Shown here: positions 1-10,473 of the stretch, in pieces
Layout of the letters: each line of letters starts with the position of its first letter
Position numbering within the stretch: position 1 is the stretch's first letter
DNA from: Desulfobulbus propionicus DSM 2032
Lineage (GTDB): Bacteria > Desulfobacterota > Desulfobulbia > Desulfobulbales > Desulfobulbaceae
Length of the DNA stretch: 32,000 bases
NCBI RefSeq assembly: GCF_000186885.1
Contig: NC_014972.1
Span: 1,710,001-1,742,000 of the forward strand
Direction: 5' to 3'
The notes under the pieces: generated by a model
What the model saw: only the letters and a program-made list of their open reading frames with translations
Told to the model about the DNA's origin: nothing
Databases searched by the model: none
Program-made: the position numbers and the translations under genes

Positions 1-414
1 GACGCCGACACCAATGAAGCCGATTTTGCCACGAGACGACCAGACCCCGGTTTGCCCGGCAACCCGGTGCGCCGGAATGTGGAAGGCGACCAGGGTGGCG
101 ATCAGCACCTCTTCCAGGAAGCGCATCCAGCGATGGAGGTCGCGGCCTCGTCTGCCGAGATGAACGAGTGGGTAACCCACCAACTGTCCCGGCCCGTGCC
201 AAGCCACATCCCCACCCCGGTTGATACGCTCAACGGGGAGGGTGGAATCGAGGATGTTGGCCAGATCGCCGCCCCGGCCGATGGTATAGACGGCGGGATG
301 TTCGAGCAGCAGCAGGGTCTCTTCCTCGTTGCCGGCGGCAATTTCCGCTGCCAGCCGCTCCTGCAGAGCCAGGGCCTCGCGGTACTCGACCAGGCCGCAG
401 TCGAGGATGCGCAT
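1..414 (-). CDS. lipB: Octanoyltransferase (lipoyl(octanoyl) transferase) LipB, 3' end cut by window edge
   Basis: Not in the ORF track because it runs off the window. My reverse-strand translation from the ATG (complement of 412-414) gives MRILDCGLVEYREALALQERLAAEIAAGNEEETLLLLEHPAVYTIGRGGDLANILDSTLPVERINRGGDVAWHGPGQL... The EHPxVYTxGR and RGGxxxxHGPGQ blocks are LipB hallmarks. The gene starts 4 nt after the ACP stop. Confidence 0.8.
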   Translation of the reverse strand, partial: MRILDCGLVEYREALALQERLAAEIAAGNEEETLLLLEHPAVYTIGRGGDLANILDSTLPVERINRGGDVAWHGPGQLVGYPLVHLGRRGRDLHRWMRFLEEVLIATLVAFHIPAHRVAGQTGVWSSRGKIGFIGVGV

Positions 415-418
415 GGCC

Positions 419-664
419 TCAGGGGAGGCGGGCCATGAGATACCTGGTCATGGCCGCCAGGGTCGACAGTTTGCCGTAGTCCGATTCGGGGATGTCCACC
501 CCGGTGCGTTCGTTCAGTCCAACCAGCACACGGAGAAAACTGAACGAATCGATGTCCAGGGCCTCGCGGATGTTCTCGTCCGGCGCCAGCTCGACCGGGT
601 CGCATTCGGGCGCGACCTTTTTCAGTTCGGCAAAAATATGGGAAAGCAGTTCCTGTTCGGTCAT
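419..664 (-). CDS. Small acyl/peptidyl carrier protein (phosphopantetheine-binding, 81 aa)
   Basis: 81-aa acidic ORF with a carrier-protein serine motif (EALDIDSFSFLRVL) at the usual position. Its ATG overlaps the E2 stop (ATGA at 661-664). Confidence 0.75.
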   Translation of the reverse strand: MTEQELLSHIFAELKKVAPECDPVELAPDENIREALDIDSFSFLRVLVGLNERTGVDIPESDYGKLSTLAAMTRYLMARLP

Positions 665-1863
665 AGAGCCTCCGGTTGCTGGAGATGGCGATTGAGGGCT
701 TCGAGGAACAGGGCACCCTGGTGGCCGTCGGTGGCGCGATGATCGGCGGCCAGAGTGGCGGTCACGCAGCGCCGCACTCCCAGCATGCCGTTTTCGGCCC
801 AGGGTCGCTCGCTGATCTTGCCGAAACCGATCAGCGCCACCTGCGGCGGATAGATGATGCCGAATACCGTTTTTATGCCCCGATCACCCAGGTTGGTGAC
901 CGACACGGTGGCGTCAGTGACCTCCGAACCGCGCAACCGTCCCGACCGGGTCCGCTCGATCAGGTCGGCCATGGCCTGCATCAGTTCACCCAGGCTGAGC
1001 CGGTCGACGTGATGAATGGCGGGCGAGATCAGGCCGCCGGTGCGCAGGGCGATGGCGAAACCGACATGGATGTCCGGTTGCACCTGAAGACGGTCATTCA
1101 ACCAAAAGCCGTTCAGTTCCGGCACGTCGCGCAGGGCCTTGGCCGTTGCCTTGAGGAGTAGGACAACCGGCAGGATGCGCTCGCGCATGGAACGTTGGCG
1201 GTTTTCCTCCTCCAGCCATTGCAAGGGGTGGCTCAGGTCGATCTCGGTTGCCAGGTAATAGTGGGGGATTTCTCGGTTGGAGCGACTGACCGCGGCGGCA
1301 ATGGCCTGCCGCATCCTGGTCTCGGGCGTGTCCCCAGCGGATTCGGCTGGTGCAGCCGTTGCCTGCGGGGACGTTATTGTTTTTGCCTGGGCCGCTGCCT
1401 CGATATCGCTGCGCTGGATGGCACCGCGCGGGCCGGTTCCCTGGACCGTGGCCAGATCAACCCCCAGTTCCAGGGCCAGACGCCTGGCCGAGGGCGAACA
1501 GGAGAGCCGCTCGGAAGATATCGTCGGTTGAGCTGGGATGGTTTCCTGCGGCTTGCTCACTGGGGAAGGTTCGGTTGTCTTCTCAACGGTGGGCTCGGCC
1601 CGCACCTCGGTGACCGCAGCCTTGGCCTCACCGGTCTCAATTCGGGCCAGCAAGGTGCCCACCGGCACAGTCTGGCCGGCAGCCACCAGCGGCTCACCCA
1701 TGATGCCGTCCTCGAACACCTCGATCTCGAACAGTCCCTTTTGGGTCTCGACCAGGGCGACGATATCGCCCCGTTTGACCCGCTGTCCCGGCACCACCAG
1801 CCATTCGACCAGTTTACCGGTTTCCATGTCGGCGCCCAGGCTGGGCATGCGAAATTCACCCAT
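661..1863 (-). CDS. 2-oxoacid dehydrogenase E2 component (dihydrolipoamide acyltransferase)
   Basis: N-terminal lipoyl domain ([18 protein letters not shown]...[11 protein letters not shown]), Ala/Pro-rich linker, E3/E1-binding-like segment ([25 protein letters not shown]) and catalytic domain with DHRATDG. Substrate (pyruvate, acetoin or branched-chain) cannot be assigned. Confidence 0.9.
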   Translation of the reverse strand: MGEFRMPSLGADMETGKLVEWLVVPGQRVKRGDIVALVETQKGLFEIEVFEDGIMGEPLVAAGQTVPVGTLLARIETGEAKAAVTEVRAEPTVEKTTEPSPVSKPQETIPAQPTISSERLSCSPSARRLALELGVDLATVQGTGPRGAIQRSDIEAAAQAKTITSPQATAAPAESAGDTPETRMRQAIAAAVSRSNREIPHYYLATEIDLSHPLQWLEEENRQRSMRERILPVVLLLKATAKALRDVPELNGFWLNDRLQVQPDIHVGFAIALRTGGLISPAIHHVDRLSLGELMQAMADLIERTRSGRLRGSEVTDATVSVTNLGDRGIKTVFGIIYPPQVALIGFGKISERPWAENGMLGVRRCVTATLAADHRATDGHQGALFLEALNRHLQQPEAL

Positions 1864-2848
1864 GATGCATCATCCTCCGGACTGTGGCCACAATTTTATC
1901 CACCTGGGGCAGGGCCGCCTCTTCCATGTGCTTGGCATAGGGCATGGGCACCTCGGCGCTGCACAGCCGCTCCACCGGCAGATCGAGATCGTAGAAGGCC
2001 TGTTCCATGATCCGGGCCGAGATCTCGGCCGACAGACTGCCGCTGCGCCAGCCCTCGTCAACAATCAGCACCCGGTGGGTGCGGGCAATCGAGGCCAGAT
2101 AGGTGGCATCGTCCAGGGGCCGCAGGGTGCGCAAGTCGATCACCTCGGCCTCGATCCCTTCCTCGGCCAGGATCTTGGCCGCATCCAGGCATTTGAACAG
2201 GCTGGCGCTATAGGTGATCAGGGTGAGGTCGCGTCCCGGCCGCCGCACCCGGGCAGTGTCGATGTCCACCGGTCCGGCATCCTCCGCAAGTTCCCCCTCC
2301 ATGTTGTAGAGGGTGTTGTTCTCAAAGATCAGCACCGGGTCCGGATCCTCAATCGCGGTCCACAGCATGCCGCGCGCGTCCTCGAGTGTGGCCGGCGACA
2401 ACACCCGCAAGCCAGGAATGTGGGCATACCAGCCCTCGAAGGAGTGGGCGTGCTGGGCGGCCAGCTGCTTGCCCGCGCCGGTGGCCATGCGGATGACCAG
2501 CGGCACGTTGAACTGGCCGCCTGACATGTGCAGCAGGCTGGCGGCGGTGTTGACGATCTGGTCCAGGGCGAGCAGGCTGAAGTTGACCGTCATCACCTCG
2601 ACGATGGGCCGCATGCCGCCCAAGGCCGCGCCGATGCCCGCACCGACGAAGCCGGATTCGCACAGCGGCGTGTCACGGATGCGTTCCGGCCCGAACTCGG
2701 CCAACAGTCCCTTGCTGACCGCATAGCAGCCACCGTAGTGGCCCACATCCTCGCCCATGAGGAAGACCCGCGAGTCCCGGTGCATGGCCTCGCGGATCGC
2801 CTGTTTGACCGCCTCGCGGTAGGTGGTGGTTTGCGTTGCGCTCATCAT
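1856..2848 (-). CDS. 2-oxoacid dehydrogenase E1 component beta subunit
   Basis: The track ORF 1856..3331 is over-extended. The homologous part starts at [36 protein letters not shown] (ATG at complement 2846-2848), giving 330 aa, typical of E1beta. This ATG overlaps the E1alpha stop (ATGATGA). Confidence 0.9.
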   Translation of the reverse strand: MMSATQTTTYREAVKQAIREAMHRDSRVFLMGEDVGHYGGCYAVSKGLLAEFGPERIRDTPLCESGFVGAGIGAALGGMRPIVEVMTVNFSLLALDQIVNTAASLLHMSGGQFNVPLVIRMATGAGKQLAAQHAHSFEGWYAHIPGLRVLSPATLEDARGMLWTAIEDPDPVLIFENNTLYNMEGELAEDAGPVDIDTARVRRPGRDLTLITYSASLFKCLDAAKILAEEGIEAEVIDLRTLRPLDDATYLASIARTHRVLIVDEGWRSGSLSAEISARIMEQAFYDLDLPVERLCSAEVPMPYAKHMEEAALPQVDKIVATVRRMMHHG

Positions 2849-3815
2849 GCCCTCCTCTCGGTGGTGACAAAACGGGTCAGATCCTCGACCACTTCCCAGG
2901 TGCCGGCCTCGGCAAAGGCCACCGAGGCCTCGACCTCGGCCGCCACCTCGCGTTCGAGCGCGACCTGCTCGGCCTCGGTGAACAGGCCCGCCTCTCTCAG
3001 ACGGCCGGCCAGCAGCTCGATCGGATCGCGCTGCTTCCACTGCTCGACCTCCTCCTTGGTGCGATAGAGTTCGGTGTCGAACATCGAATGCGGCCGGAAA
3101 CGGTAGGTGCGGCATTCGAGCAGATAGGGTCCGTTGCCGGCTTGGATGTGGGCAACGGCTGCACGGGCCGCCTTTTCCACCGCCTGCACGTCCATGCCGT
3201 CCACTGCGGCTTCGGCCATGCCATAAGCCGCACCCTTGGCGGCGATATCCTGGTTGGCCTCGGTGTAGCGCAGGGCCGTCCCCATGGCGTAGAGGTTGTT
3301 TTCGCAGACAAAGAGGACCGGCAGCTTCCACAGGGCGGCCAGGTTCATGGACTCGTGGAAATAGCCCTCAGCCACGGCGCCATCGCCGAAGAAACAACTG
3401 GTGACCCGCTGTCGCCCCTGCATGTGATCGGCCAGGGCCAAACCCACCGCCAGAGGCAGACCGCCGCCGACAATGGCATTGCCGCCGTAAAAACGGGTGG
3501 TCGCGTCAAAGAGATGCATCGAACCGCCCCGCCCCCGGCAGCAGCCCTCGACCTTGCCATACATCTCGGCCATGATCGCGTTCGCGCTCATGCCGCGCGC
3601 CAGGGCCTGGCCGTGCTCGCGATAGGTGGCCACCACCGCATCCTCGGGGCTGAGCGCCGCCATCACCCCCACGGCCACCGCCTCCTCGCCGATGTAGAGG
3701 TGGAGGAAACCGCGAATCTTCATCGCGCTGTACAGTTCGGCCGATTTTTCCTCGAAGCGGCGGATGAGCAGCATCTGCCGCAGGTGGTGCAGTGCCTGAT
3801 CCTTGTTCAGTCCAT

Positions 3816-3819
<4 letters not shown>
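2845..3819 (-). CDS. 2-oxoacid dehydrogenase E1 component alpha subunit (TPP-dependent)
   Basis: 324 aa. RFEEK..LY....[17 protein letters not shown] and the TPP motif [31 protein letters not shown] are typical of PdhA/AcoA-type E1alpha. Confidence 0.9.
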
Positions 3820-5573
<1,754 letters not shown>

Positions 5574-6155
5574 GGGCACCTCCACCATACAATGGTTGCA
5601 AAGTTTGGTGCAAACATCGGTTACGGAAGAAGACCGCTTCTGCGGTTGCGTCGATCTTGACGTTTTGGATCAATCCTGATTGCGGCCTCGGCAATGTTTT
5701 CTTGAACGGCCTCGTGATGCTGTGAAAATACAACGTGGCATCGTTTTAATGTATACGCCCATGCCAGTCCGTTCACAATAAATAGATATATAATATGTAT
5801 TGGATAGGAAAAATATATATTTTACTGCATGGCCCGTTCACCTGTTTTGGTGTAGGATGACGTTCATTAGGCACAAGCTGTGGATTACGACCTGACGAAA
5901 ACCTGATCAATGAGGAGAAGAAAACTCGGGGTACGTGAATCTTTCTTGTCTTTATTCTTGTTTTTTTTAAATGATAGCTTATTCTTTTAACTAATAAAAT
6001 TTAGGACCAAGTGTTTTGCTTTGGTTGTGTTGGAGAAGATTGATCGACGGTAAGTTGTAGAGAATGCTTTTGTGTATTCCCATGTGATGTGCTGGCCTCG
6101 CTGAAATTTGGTTCCGCGAGAGGCTCATTTATAAAAACTGATCAAGGAGACAATC

Positions 6156-6326
6156 ATGACACAAGAAAAGAAAAAAGAAGTATGTCCTACCTGCGGAGGA
6201 AAGAAGGTGCTTGAGGGCGTTTGTGAGACCAGCAGCGAATGGCAAGGGAAAACTCCCGACGGCCAGGTGTGCACTCCCGATCAGAAATGCCCGACCTGCA
6301 AGGGAAAAGGGTATGTAGAGAGCTGA
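6156..6326 (+). CDS. Small (56 aa) zinc-finger protein with two DnaJ-type CxxCxGxG motifs
   Basis: Below the ORF-track size cutoff and found by eye. AGGAG at 6145-6149 sits 6 nt before the ATG. Translation: MTQEKKKEVCPTCGGKKVLEGVCETSSEWQGKTPDGQVCTPDQKCPTCKGKGYVES. A strong intrinsic terminator follows 55 nt downstream. Confidence 0.6.
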   Translation: MTQEKKKEVCPTCGGKKVLEGVCETSSEWQGKTPDGQVCTPDQKCPTCKGKGYVES

Positions 6327-6380
6327 TCGTTCACAATCAGCCGCACGCTAACACCGTTAGCAGCGTATTGATCGATACGA

Positions 6381-6435
6381 CCGGGTGTCCGGGAAAGAGC
6401 AGAACCAGCTCTTTTCTGGAACACCCGGTTTTTTT
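6381..6435 (+). terminator. Rho-independent terminator of the small zinc-finger gene
   Basis: CCGGGTGT (6381-6388) pairs with ACACCCGG (6421-6428). An inner AGAGC/GCTCT stem lies between them, and a run of 7 T follows (6429-6435). Confidence 0.7.
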
Positions 6436-6491
6436 GTTGGGCAAGGCAAAAGGACGGTGGTTCCGGCTAAGGCTGGCGGCACGGTCACGGG

Positions 6492-7640
6492 TTATGATCG
6501 CGAGCCGATATTGACATAGGACGTCAGCGCCGGCCCGGTGTAGTGGGCCGTTGGACGGATCAGCCGATTGTTCTTCCATTGTTCCAGAATGTGCGCGGTC
6601 CAGCCCACCACCCGGCTGACGGCAAAGATCGGGGTGAACAGCTCCACCGGGATGCCCATGGCGTGGTAGAGCGGGGCTGAGTAGAAGTCGACGTTGGCAA
6701 AGACCTTGGAGTTGGCCAGCATCAGTTCTTCCACTGCCTGGGCTGTTTCGTAGAGCTGTGTCTCCCCGGTAAGCGCAGTAATCTTGTTGACCTCCTTCCG
6801 CAGGATCGTGGCGCGCGGATCCTCGCAGCGGTACACCCGGTGGCCGAAACCGGGAATCTTCACCTTCTCCGCCAGTCGTGGCAGCACCCAATCGGCGGCC
6901 CGTTCCGGTTTGCCGATTTCTTCCAGCATGCGCATCACCTCGGCGTTGGCCCCACCGTGCAGCGGTCCCTTGAGGGCGGCGATGGCGCTGGTCACCGCCG
7001 AATAGATGTCGGTCATGGTGGCGGCGGTCACCCGGGCGGCAAAGGTCGAGGCATTGAGTTCGTGGTCGGCGTGCAGAATGAGCGCCGTGTCCATGGCCTT
7101 GACCATGATCGGGTCCGGCTCCCTGCCCTGGAGAGTGTAGAGAAAGTTGAAGGCAATGCCGTAGTTGGACCTGGGTTCGATCGGTTCCTTGCCGTCGCGC
7201 AGCCGCTGGTGCGAGGCGATGATCAGCGGGATGCGTTCGGTGAGGCGCTGGGCCTTGCGCAGGCTGGCGTCGAGCCGGGTGTTGCCGCTGTCCGGATCCC
7301 AGTGGCCCATGGAGGACACCGCGGTCCGCAGCACCTCCATCGGGGTGGCGGCGTGGGGAAACATGCGCAGGATCATGACCGTTTCCACCGGTAGCTTCAT
7401 GCAGCCGGTGAAGCCGTCGAGAAAAGCCTGGAATTCGACGAATCCGGGCAGGCGGCCGTACCACAACAGGTAGGCGACCTCCTCGAAGGTGGAATGCTCG
7501 GCCAGGTCGACGATGTCGTAGCCGCGATAGAGCAGGCGGCAGTTGTCGCCGTCCACCAGGCAGATGGAGGAATTGCAGGCAATGACGTCGGCCAGGCCTG
7601 CCTCGAACGGTTTGGCGGGAAGGGTTGAAGGGGTGGTCAT
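6492..7640 (-). CDS. gltA: Citrate synthase
   Basis: Hallmarks HADHELNAST and GFGHRVYRCEDPRA. I prefer the start at MTTPSTLPAKPFE (ATG complement 7638-7640, AAAGGAGAAG SD upstream) over the track start at 7721. Confidence 0.9.
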   Translation of the reverse strand: MTTPSTLPAKPFEAGLADVIACNSSICLVDGDNCRLLYRGYDIVDLAEHSTFEEVAYLLWYGRLPGFVEFQAFLDGFTGCMKLPVETVMILRMFPHAATPMEVLRTAVSSMGHWDPDSGNTRLDASLRKAQRLTERIPLIIASHQRLRDGKEPIEPRSNYGIAFNFLYTLQGREPDPIMVKAMDTALILHADHELNASTFAARVTAATMTDIYSAVTSAIAALKGPLHGGANAEVMRMLEEIGKPERAADWVLPRLAEKVKIPGFGHRVYRCEDPRATILRKEVNKITALTGETQLYETAQAVEELMLANSKVFANVDFYSAPLYHAMGIPVELFTPIFAVSRVVGWTAHILEQWKNNRLIRPTAHYTGPALTSYVNIGSRS

Positions 7641-7968
7641 GCGCTTCTCCTTTGACCGAGAGTGATGCAACGATTGACGTGGGGCGTTTCGCGCCAGCAA
7701 CTCTGCCAGGCGGGCTGACAATGCAGAGGTAAAGGCTAATGTTTAAGCACGGTCAAGGGAAATGCAAGGGCTTCCATGGCTGGGATTTTCTGTTTCCAGC
7801 GTTGGCGCTGATTCTGCCGGAAGGCTATCGAACCGGATCAGGCCCAACAGAGCCGCACCGGCGCGAATCAGCCCTTCGCCGCGGAAAGTCTGGCGGATAC
7901 GTTCACCGCACCCATGATTGGGTCGATAACCGTTTCGGTCCGGATCGGCTGGAAAAATTTTTCTTCCC

Positions 7969-7997
7969 TTGACAATGGGAGTATTGTTGGTTTTATC
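7969..7997 (+). promoter_or_regulatory. Candidate sigma70-type promoter for the riboswitch-exbBD-tonB transcript
   Basis: TTGACA at 7969-7974, a 17-nt spacer, then TTTATC at 7992-7997 (weak -10). Positioned just upstream of the riboswitch aptamer. Sequence match only. Confidence 0.3.
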
Positions 7998-8004
7998 TTC
8001 GTCC

Positions 8005-8165
8005 TGTTCAGGTGTTCGTGCGAACATAATAGGGAACCCCGTGGGAATCGGGGACGGGCCCGCCGCTGTGAACGGGGACGAACGCTGCACGGAAGTCACT
8101 GACGCCAATGTCGGGAAGACGCAGCCAGTAGGATGAACCGCAAGTCAGAAGACCTGCCTGGACAT
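8005..8165 (+). promoter_or_regulatory. Cobalamin (B12) riboswitch aptamer
   Basis: Conserved core blocks are readable: ATAATAGGGAACCCCGTGGGAATCGGGGACGGGCCCGCCGCTGTGAACGGGG, then GTCACTG...GGGAAG, then the B12 box AGTCAGAAGACCTGCC (8143-8158). Exact boundaries are approximate. Confidence 0.8.
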
Positions 8166-8228
8166 TGAGGAGACGACTGCGAGGACGGCGGCGTACCCGG
8201 TTCACCATTTCTGCGGATAAACAGGGCT

Positions 8229-8263
8229 ATCCCGGATCGATTGTTTCGATCCGGGATTTTTTT
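8229..8263 (+). terminator. Intrinsic terminator (likely riboswitch expression platform)
   Basis: ATCCCGGATCG (8229-8239), loop ATTGTTT, CGATCCGGGAT (8247-8257), followed directly by TTTTTT. A perfect 11-bp stem about 65 nt after the B12 box. Confidence 0.7.
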
Positions 8264-8497
8264 GGCCCTGGCGCAGGCTCCCGGCCATCCTTTGTTGTCG
8301 ACTCCGCCGATTTTTCTGGCGCGAGGAGCCCATGCACAGGAATCTGGCCATATCATTCCCCGTTGTCTCGAACCGCCGGCGGCAAGCCGCGCGTGCCAGC
8401 GCTTCGCCCACCCCCAAGCCTCCCCGTCATAAGCATCGCGTCCCGTCCGGGGTTCGGCCCCGGTTTCCGTCTCTTCAACGTGCATAAGGAATCCATA

Positions 8498-8917
8498 ATG
8501 GACTGGCTGCATTCCCTCATCGATTACGGCGTGCTCGGGCTGTTGCTGCTGCTGAGCGTGATCGCCCTTGCCGTGGCCCTGGAACGATTTCTCGTCTACC
8601 GGACCACACGGGTGGACGAATATCAGGATCGCAGAGCGCTCGAACTGCACCTGACCCACAAGCTGCACCTCATCGCCACCATTGGCGCCAATGCGCCCTA
8701 CATCGGCCTGCTGGGCACGGTGCTTGGCATCATGCTCACTTTCCATGACATCGGCGCCGCCGGATTCGATACCACCAAGATCATGACCGGCCTGGCGCTG
8801 GCGCTCAAGGCCACCGCCCTGGGGCTTTTGGTGGCCATCCCGGCGGTCACCCTCTACAACCTCCTGCTCCGCCGGTGCAAGGTACTGCTCATCCAGTGGG
8901 ATATCCGCCATGGATGA
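8498..8917 (+). CDS. exbB: MotA/TolQ/ExbB-family proton channel
   Basis: The homologous part of track ORF 8165..8917 starts at MDWLHSLIDYGVLGLLLLLSVIALAVALERF and contains APYIGLLGTVLGIM and LATTALGL-like KATALGLLVAIPA. The upstream extension covers the riboswitch terminator and is rejected. Confidence 0.85.
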   Translation: MDWLHSLIDYGVLGLLLLLSVIALAVALERFLVYRTTRVDEYQDRRALELHLTHKLHLIATIGANAPYIGLLGTVLGIMLTFHDIGAAGFDTTKIMTGLALALKATALGLLVAIPAVTLYNLLLRRCKVLLIQWDIRHG

Positions 8918-9293
8918 AAAGGGATTCGATTATCTCAACGTCATCCCCCTGGTTGACGTGATGCTGGTTCTGCTGACCATCGTCCTCACCACCTCGACCT
9001 TTATCGCCACGGGCGGCATCCAGGTGGAACTGCCCAAGGCCAGCGTCAGCGAAGACGCGGCCGCGCTCCATCCGCGAACCATCGTGATCAACAGGGAAGG
9101 GCGGCTATGGCTGGATTCGGCGGAGGTCGCGCTCGGCGGGCTGGAAGCGGCCCTGGCGGGGGTGGGCCGGAACACGCCGCTGATTGTCCGCGCCGATAAA
9201 CATCTTTCCCTGCAAATGTTTGTGGACGTGTACGAGGCGATCAAGCGCCTTGGCTTCACCACTCTCAGCCTGCAAACGGAACAGCAACCATGA
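8910..9293 (+). CDS. exbD: ExbD/TolR-family biopolymer transport protein
   Basis: 127 aa with N-terminal LNVIPLVDVMLVLLTIVL and a periplasmic domain. Overlaps exbB by 8 nt. Confidence 0.85.
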   Translation: MDEKGFDYLNVIPLVDVMLVLLTIVLTTSTFIATGGIQVELPKASVSEDAAALHPRTIVINREGRLWLDSAEVALGGLEAALAGVGRNTPLIVRADKHLSLQMFVDVYEAIKRLGFTTLSLQTEQQP

Positions 9294-10030
9294 GCCATCA
9301 AACCACCGCCACCCATGTTTCCCTCTTGGTGCACGCCGTTTTTTTCTTCGTTGCCGTGGGGCTTGGCCAGCATGCCGTGCCGCTCCGCCCGCCGGTGGCC
9401 ATTGATTTTTCCATCCTCTCCACCGGAGGATCGATGGAGGTCCAGCAGGAAAAAATTTCTTCTCCTCCGGCCAAGAAGAAGGACGTGGCAGAGCCGAAAA
9501 AAATTTCGCCCAAGGCCGTGGCGAGGAAGGTGCGGCCCAAGCCGGTGCAGCGGGAAAAGACATCTGTTCCGCCAAGGGAAAAGGATGCACGCTCCGAGGC
9601 CCTGCCTGTTGCCGCACAGCCGCGACCCTCAACCGGGAAAGAGGTGCTTCCCGACGCTGGCCAGACCGCCGCGACCGCAACGGTTGCAAGCGGACCGGCA
9701 GCAGCGAGCCCTCCTGCAAAGGGTGGACGGGGCGGTCTGTACGCTGTCGGTCAACTCGACGCGCCGCTTGCGGTGGTGTCCAAAACGCCGCCTGCCTATC
9801 CGCCGGCAGCCAAACGGCGCAATATCGAGGGGTGGATCAAGGTCAAGTTCGTGGTCGACGAACAAGGGCGCGTCGACCACGTGTCGGTGCTCGATGCCGA
9901 ACCCGAGGGCGTGTTCGAACAGAGCGTCCTGCGCTCCATCGGCGGTTGGCGATTCAAGCCGGGCACCATCAAGGGCATGGCGGTCAAGGCCCAGGTGGAA
10001 CAGACCATCACCTTCAAGCTGGAAGGGTGA
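9290..10030 (+). CDS. tonB: Energy transducer TonB
   Basis: N-terminal TM helix, Pro/Lys-rich spacer (PPAKKKDVAEPKKISPKAVARKVRPKPV) and a TonB C-terminal domain (YPPAAKRRNIEGWIKVKFVVDEQGRV...GGWRFKPG). ATGA overlap with exbD. Confidence 0.85.
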   Translation: MSHQTTATHVSLLVHAVFFFVAVGLGQHAVPLRPPVAIDFSILSTGGSMEVQQEKISSPPAKKKDVAEPKKISPKAVARKVRPKPVQREKTSVPPREKDARSEALPVAAQPRPSTGKEVLPDAGQTAATATVASGPAAASPPAKGGRGGLYAVGQLDAPLAVVSKTPPAYPPAAKRRNIEGWIKVKFVVDEQGRVDHVSVLDAEPEGVFEQSVLRSIGGWRFKPGTIKGMAVKAQVEQTITFKLEG

Positions 10031-10336
10031 AGGGCAAACGATCACGGACCGCCAGTTTTTTTGACGGTTCCTCTCCAAGCAGCCGTCTGCCGCCGCACTA
10101 AACGTCTTCCCCGACCGTTCATGTCCTGCTTTTTCCATGCAGGAATTGCGGCCGGTTGCCTTGTCCACGGGCGCTTCGTTTGCCGACGGAGCGTCTGTTT
10201 TTTTGTGGCAGCTCAGAGGACAGGAAACCGCGGACTGCCGGACCCGCCGCGATTGCATCCAGGAGTGAACAGCCGGGCAACGGATCTCTTGCCGGTGTGT
10301 ACAACAGCTATCCTCTTTCTATCCACTATTCACTTA

Positions 10337-10365
10337 TTGCAAACAGGTTCGCCTCTTTATCTAAT
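10337..10365 (+). promoter_or_regulatory. Candidate sigma70-type promoter of the TIR-STAND operon
   Basis: TTGCAA (10337-10342), a 17-nt spacer, then TCTAAT (10360-10365). It lies in a locally AT-rich patch about 110 nt upstream of the TIR gene ATG. Sequence match only. Confidence 0.3.
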
Positions 10366-10473
10366 GAATCCGCGATCAATGCATTTCCGCTTTCGAGGAA
10401 GCGCATTGCAGGGGACACGCTTGGCTGCCGTTCATCGCCGAAGGCATACTCCACCACCAGAGGGCAGTTAACG

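Noticed and set aside
52-716. ORFs 52..438 (+), 102..716 (-) and 329..742 (+) at the left edge.
   Set aside because: They overlap the LipB and ACP reading frames, which have convincing motifs. Their own translations show no motifs.
2849-3331. N-terminal 161-aa extension of the E1beta ORF (track ORF 1856..3331).
   Set aside because: The extension overlaps the E1alpha CDS in another frame and is Arg/Gly-rich nonsense. Homology begins at MMSATQ (2848), which forms an ATGATGA junction with the E1alpha stop.
5593-5616. A sigma54-like element on the minus strand (TTGCAC-N6-TTGCA) and the small palindrome CAAAGTTTG just upstream of the ligase gene.
   Set aside because: The -24 GG is missing and the spacing is off by one relative to TGGCAC-N5-TTGC. 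It would also lie within about 20-40 nt of the start codon. This is not a convincing promoter.
7743-8417. ORFs 7743..8108 (-), 8008..8208 (-), 8096..8911 (-) and 8202..8417 (-) across the riboswitch/exbB region.
   Set aside because: They overlap the cobalamin riboswitch, its terminator or the exbB frame. They have no motifs and no SD.
8332-8487. A 51-codon ORF (MHRNLAISFPVVSNRRRQAARASASPTPKPPRHKHRVPSGVRPRFPSLQRA) and a weak hairpin (8447-8476) between the riboswitch terminator and exbB.
   Set aside because: The GAGGAG is only 3 nt from the ATG, and the peptide is basic, Pro-rich and low-complexity with no motif. The hairpin has a 6-bp stem and an interrupted T tract. They are kept only as a note within the riboswitch finding.
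10185-10204. Possible terminator after tonB: GACG-gag-CGTC followed by TGTTTTTTT. There is also a GGACCG...CGGTTCC pairing around the T-run at 10046-10069.
   Set aside because: The stems are only 4-6 bp with tiny or T-run-containing loops, too weak to call an intrinsic terminator with confidence. They may still contribute to tonB operon termination.
10061-10473. The 5' extension of the TIR ORF (from 10156) and ORF 10061..10471 (+) in the tonB-TIR intergenic region.
   Set aside because: The translations are low-complexity and Arg/Cys-rich. The region contains an AT-rich promoter-like patch, and TIR homology starts at the ATG at 10474.
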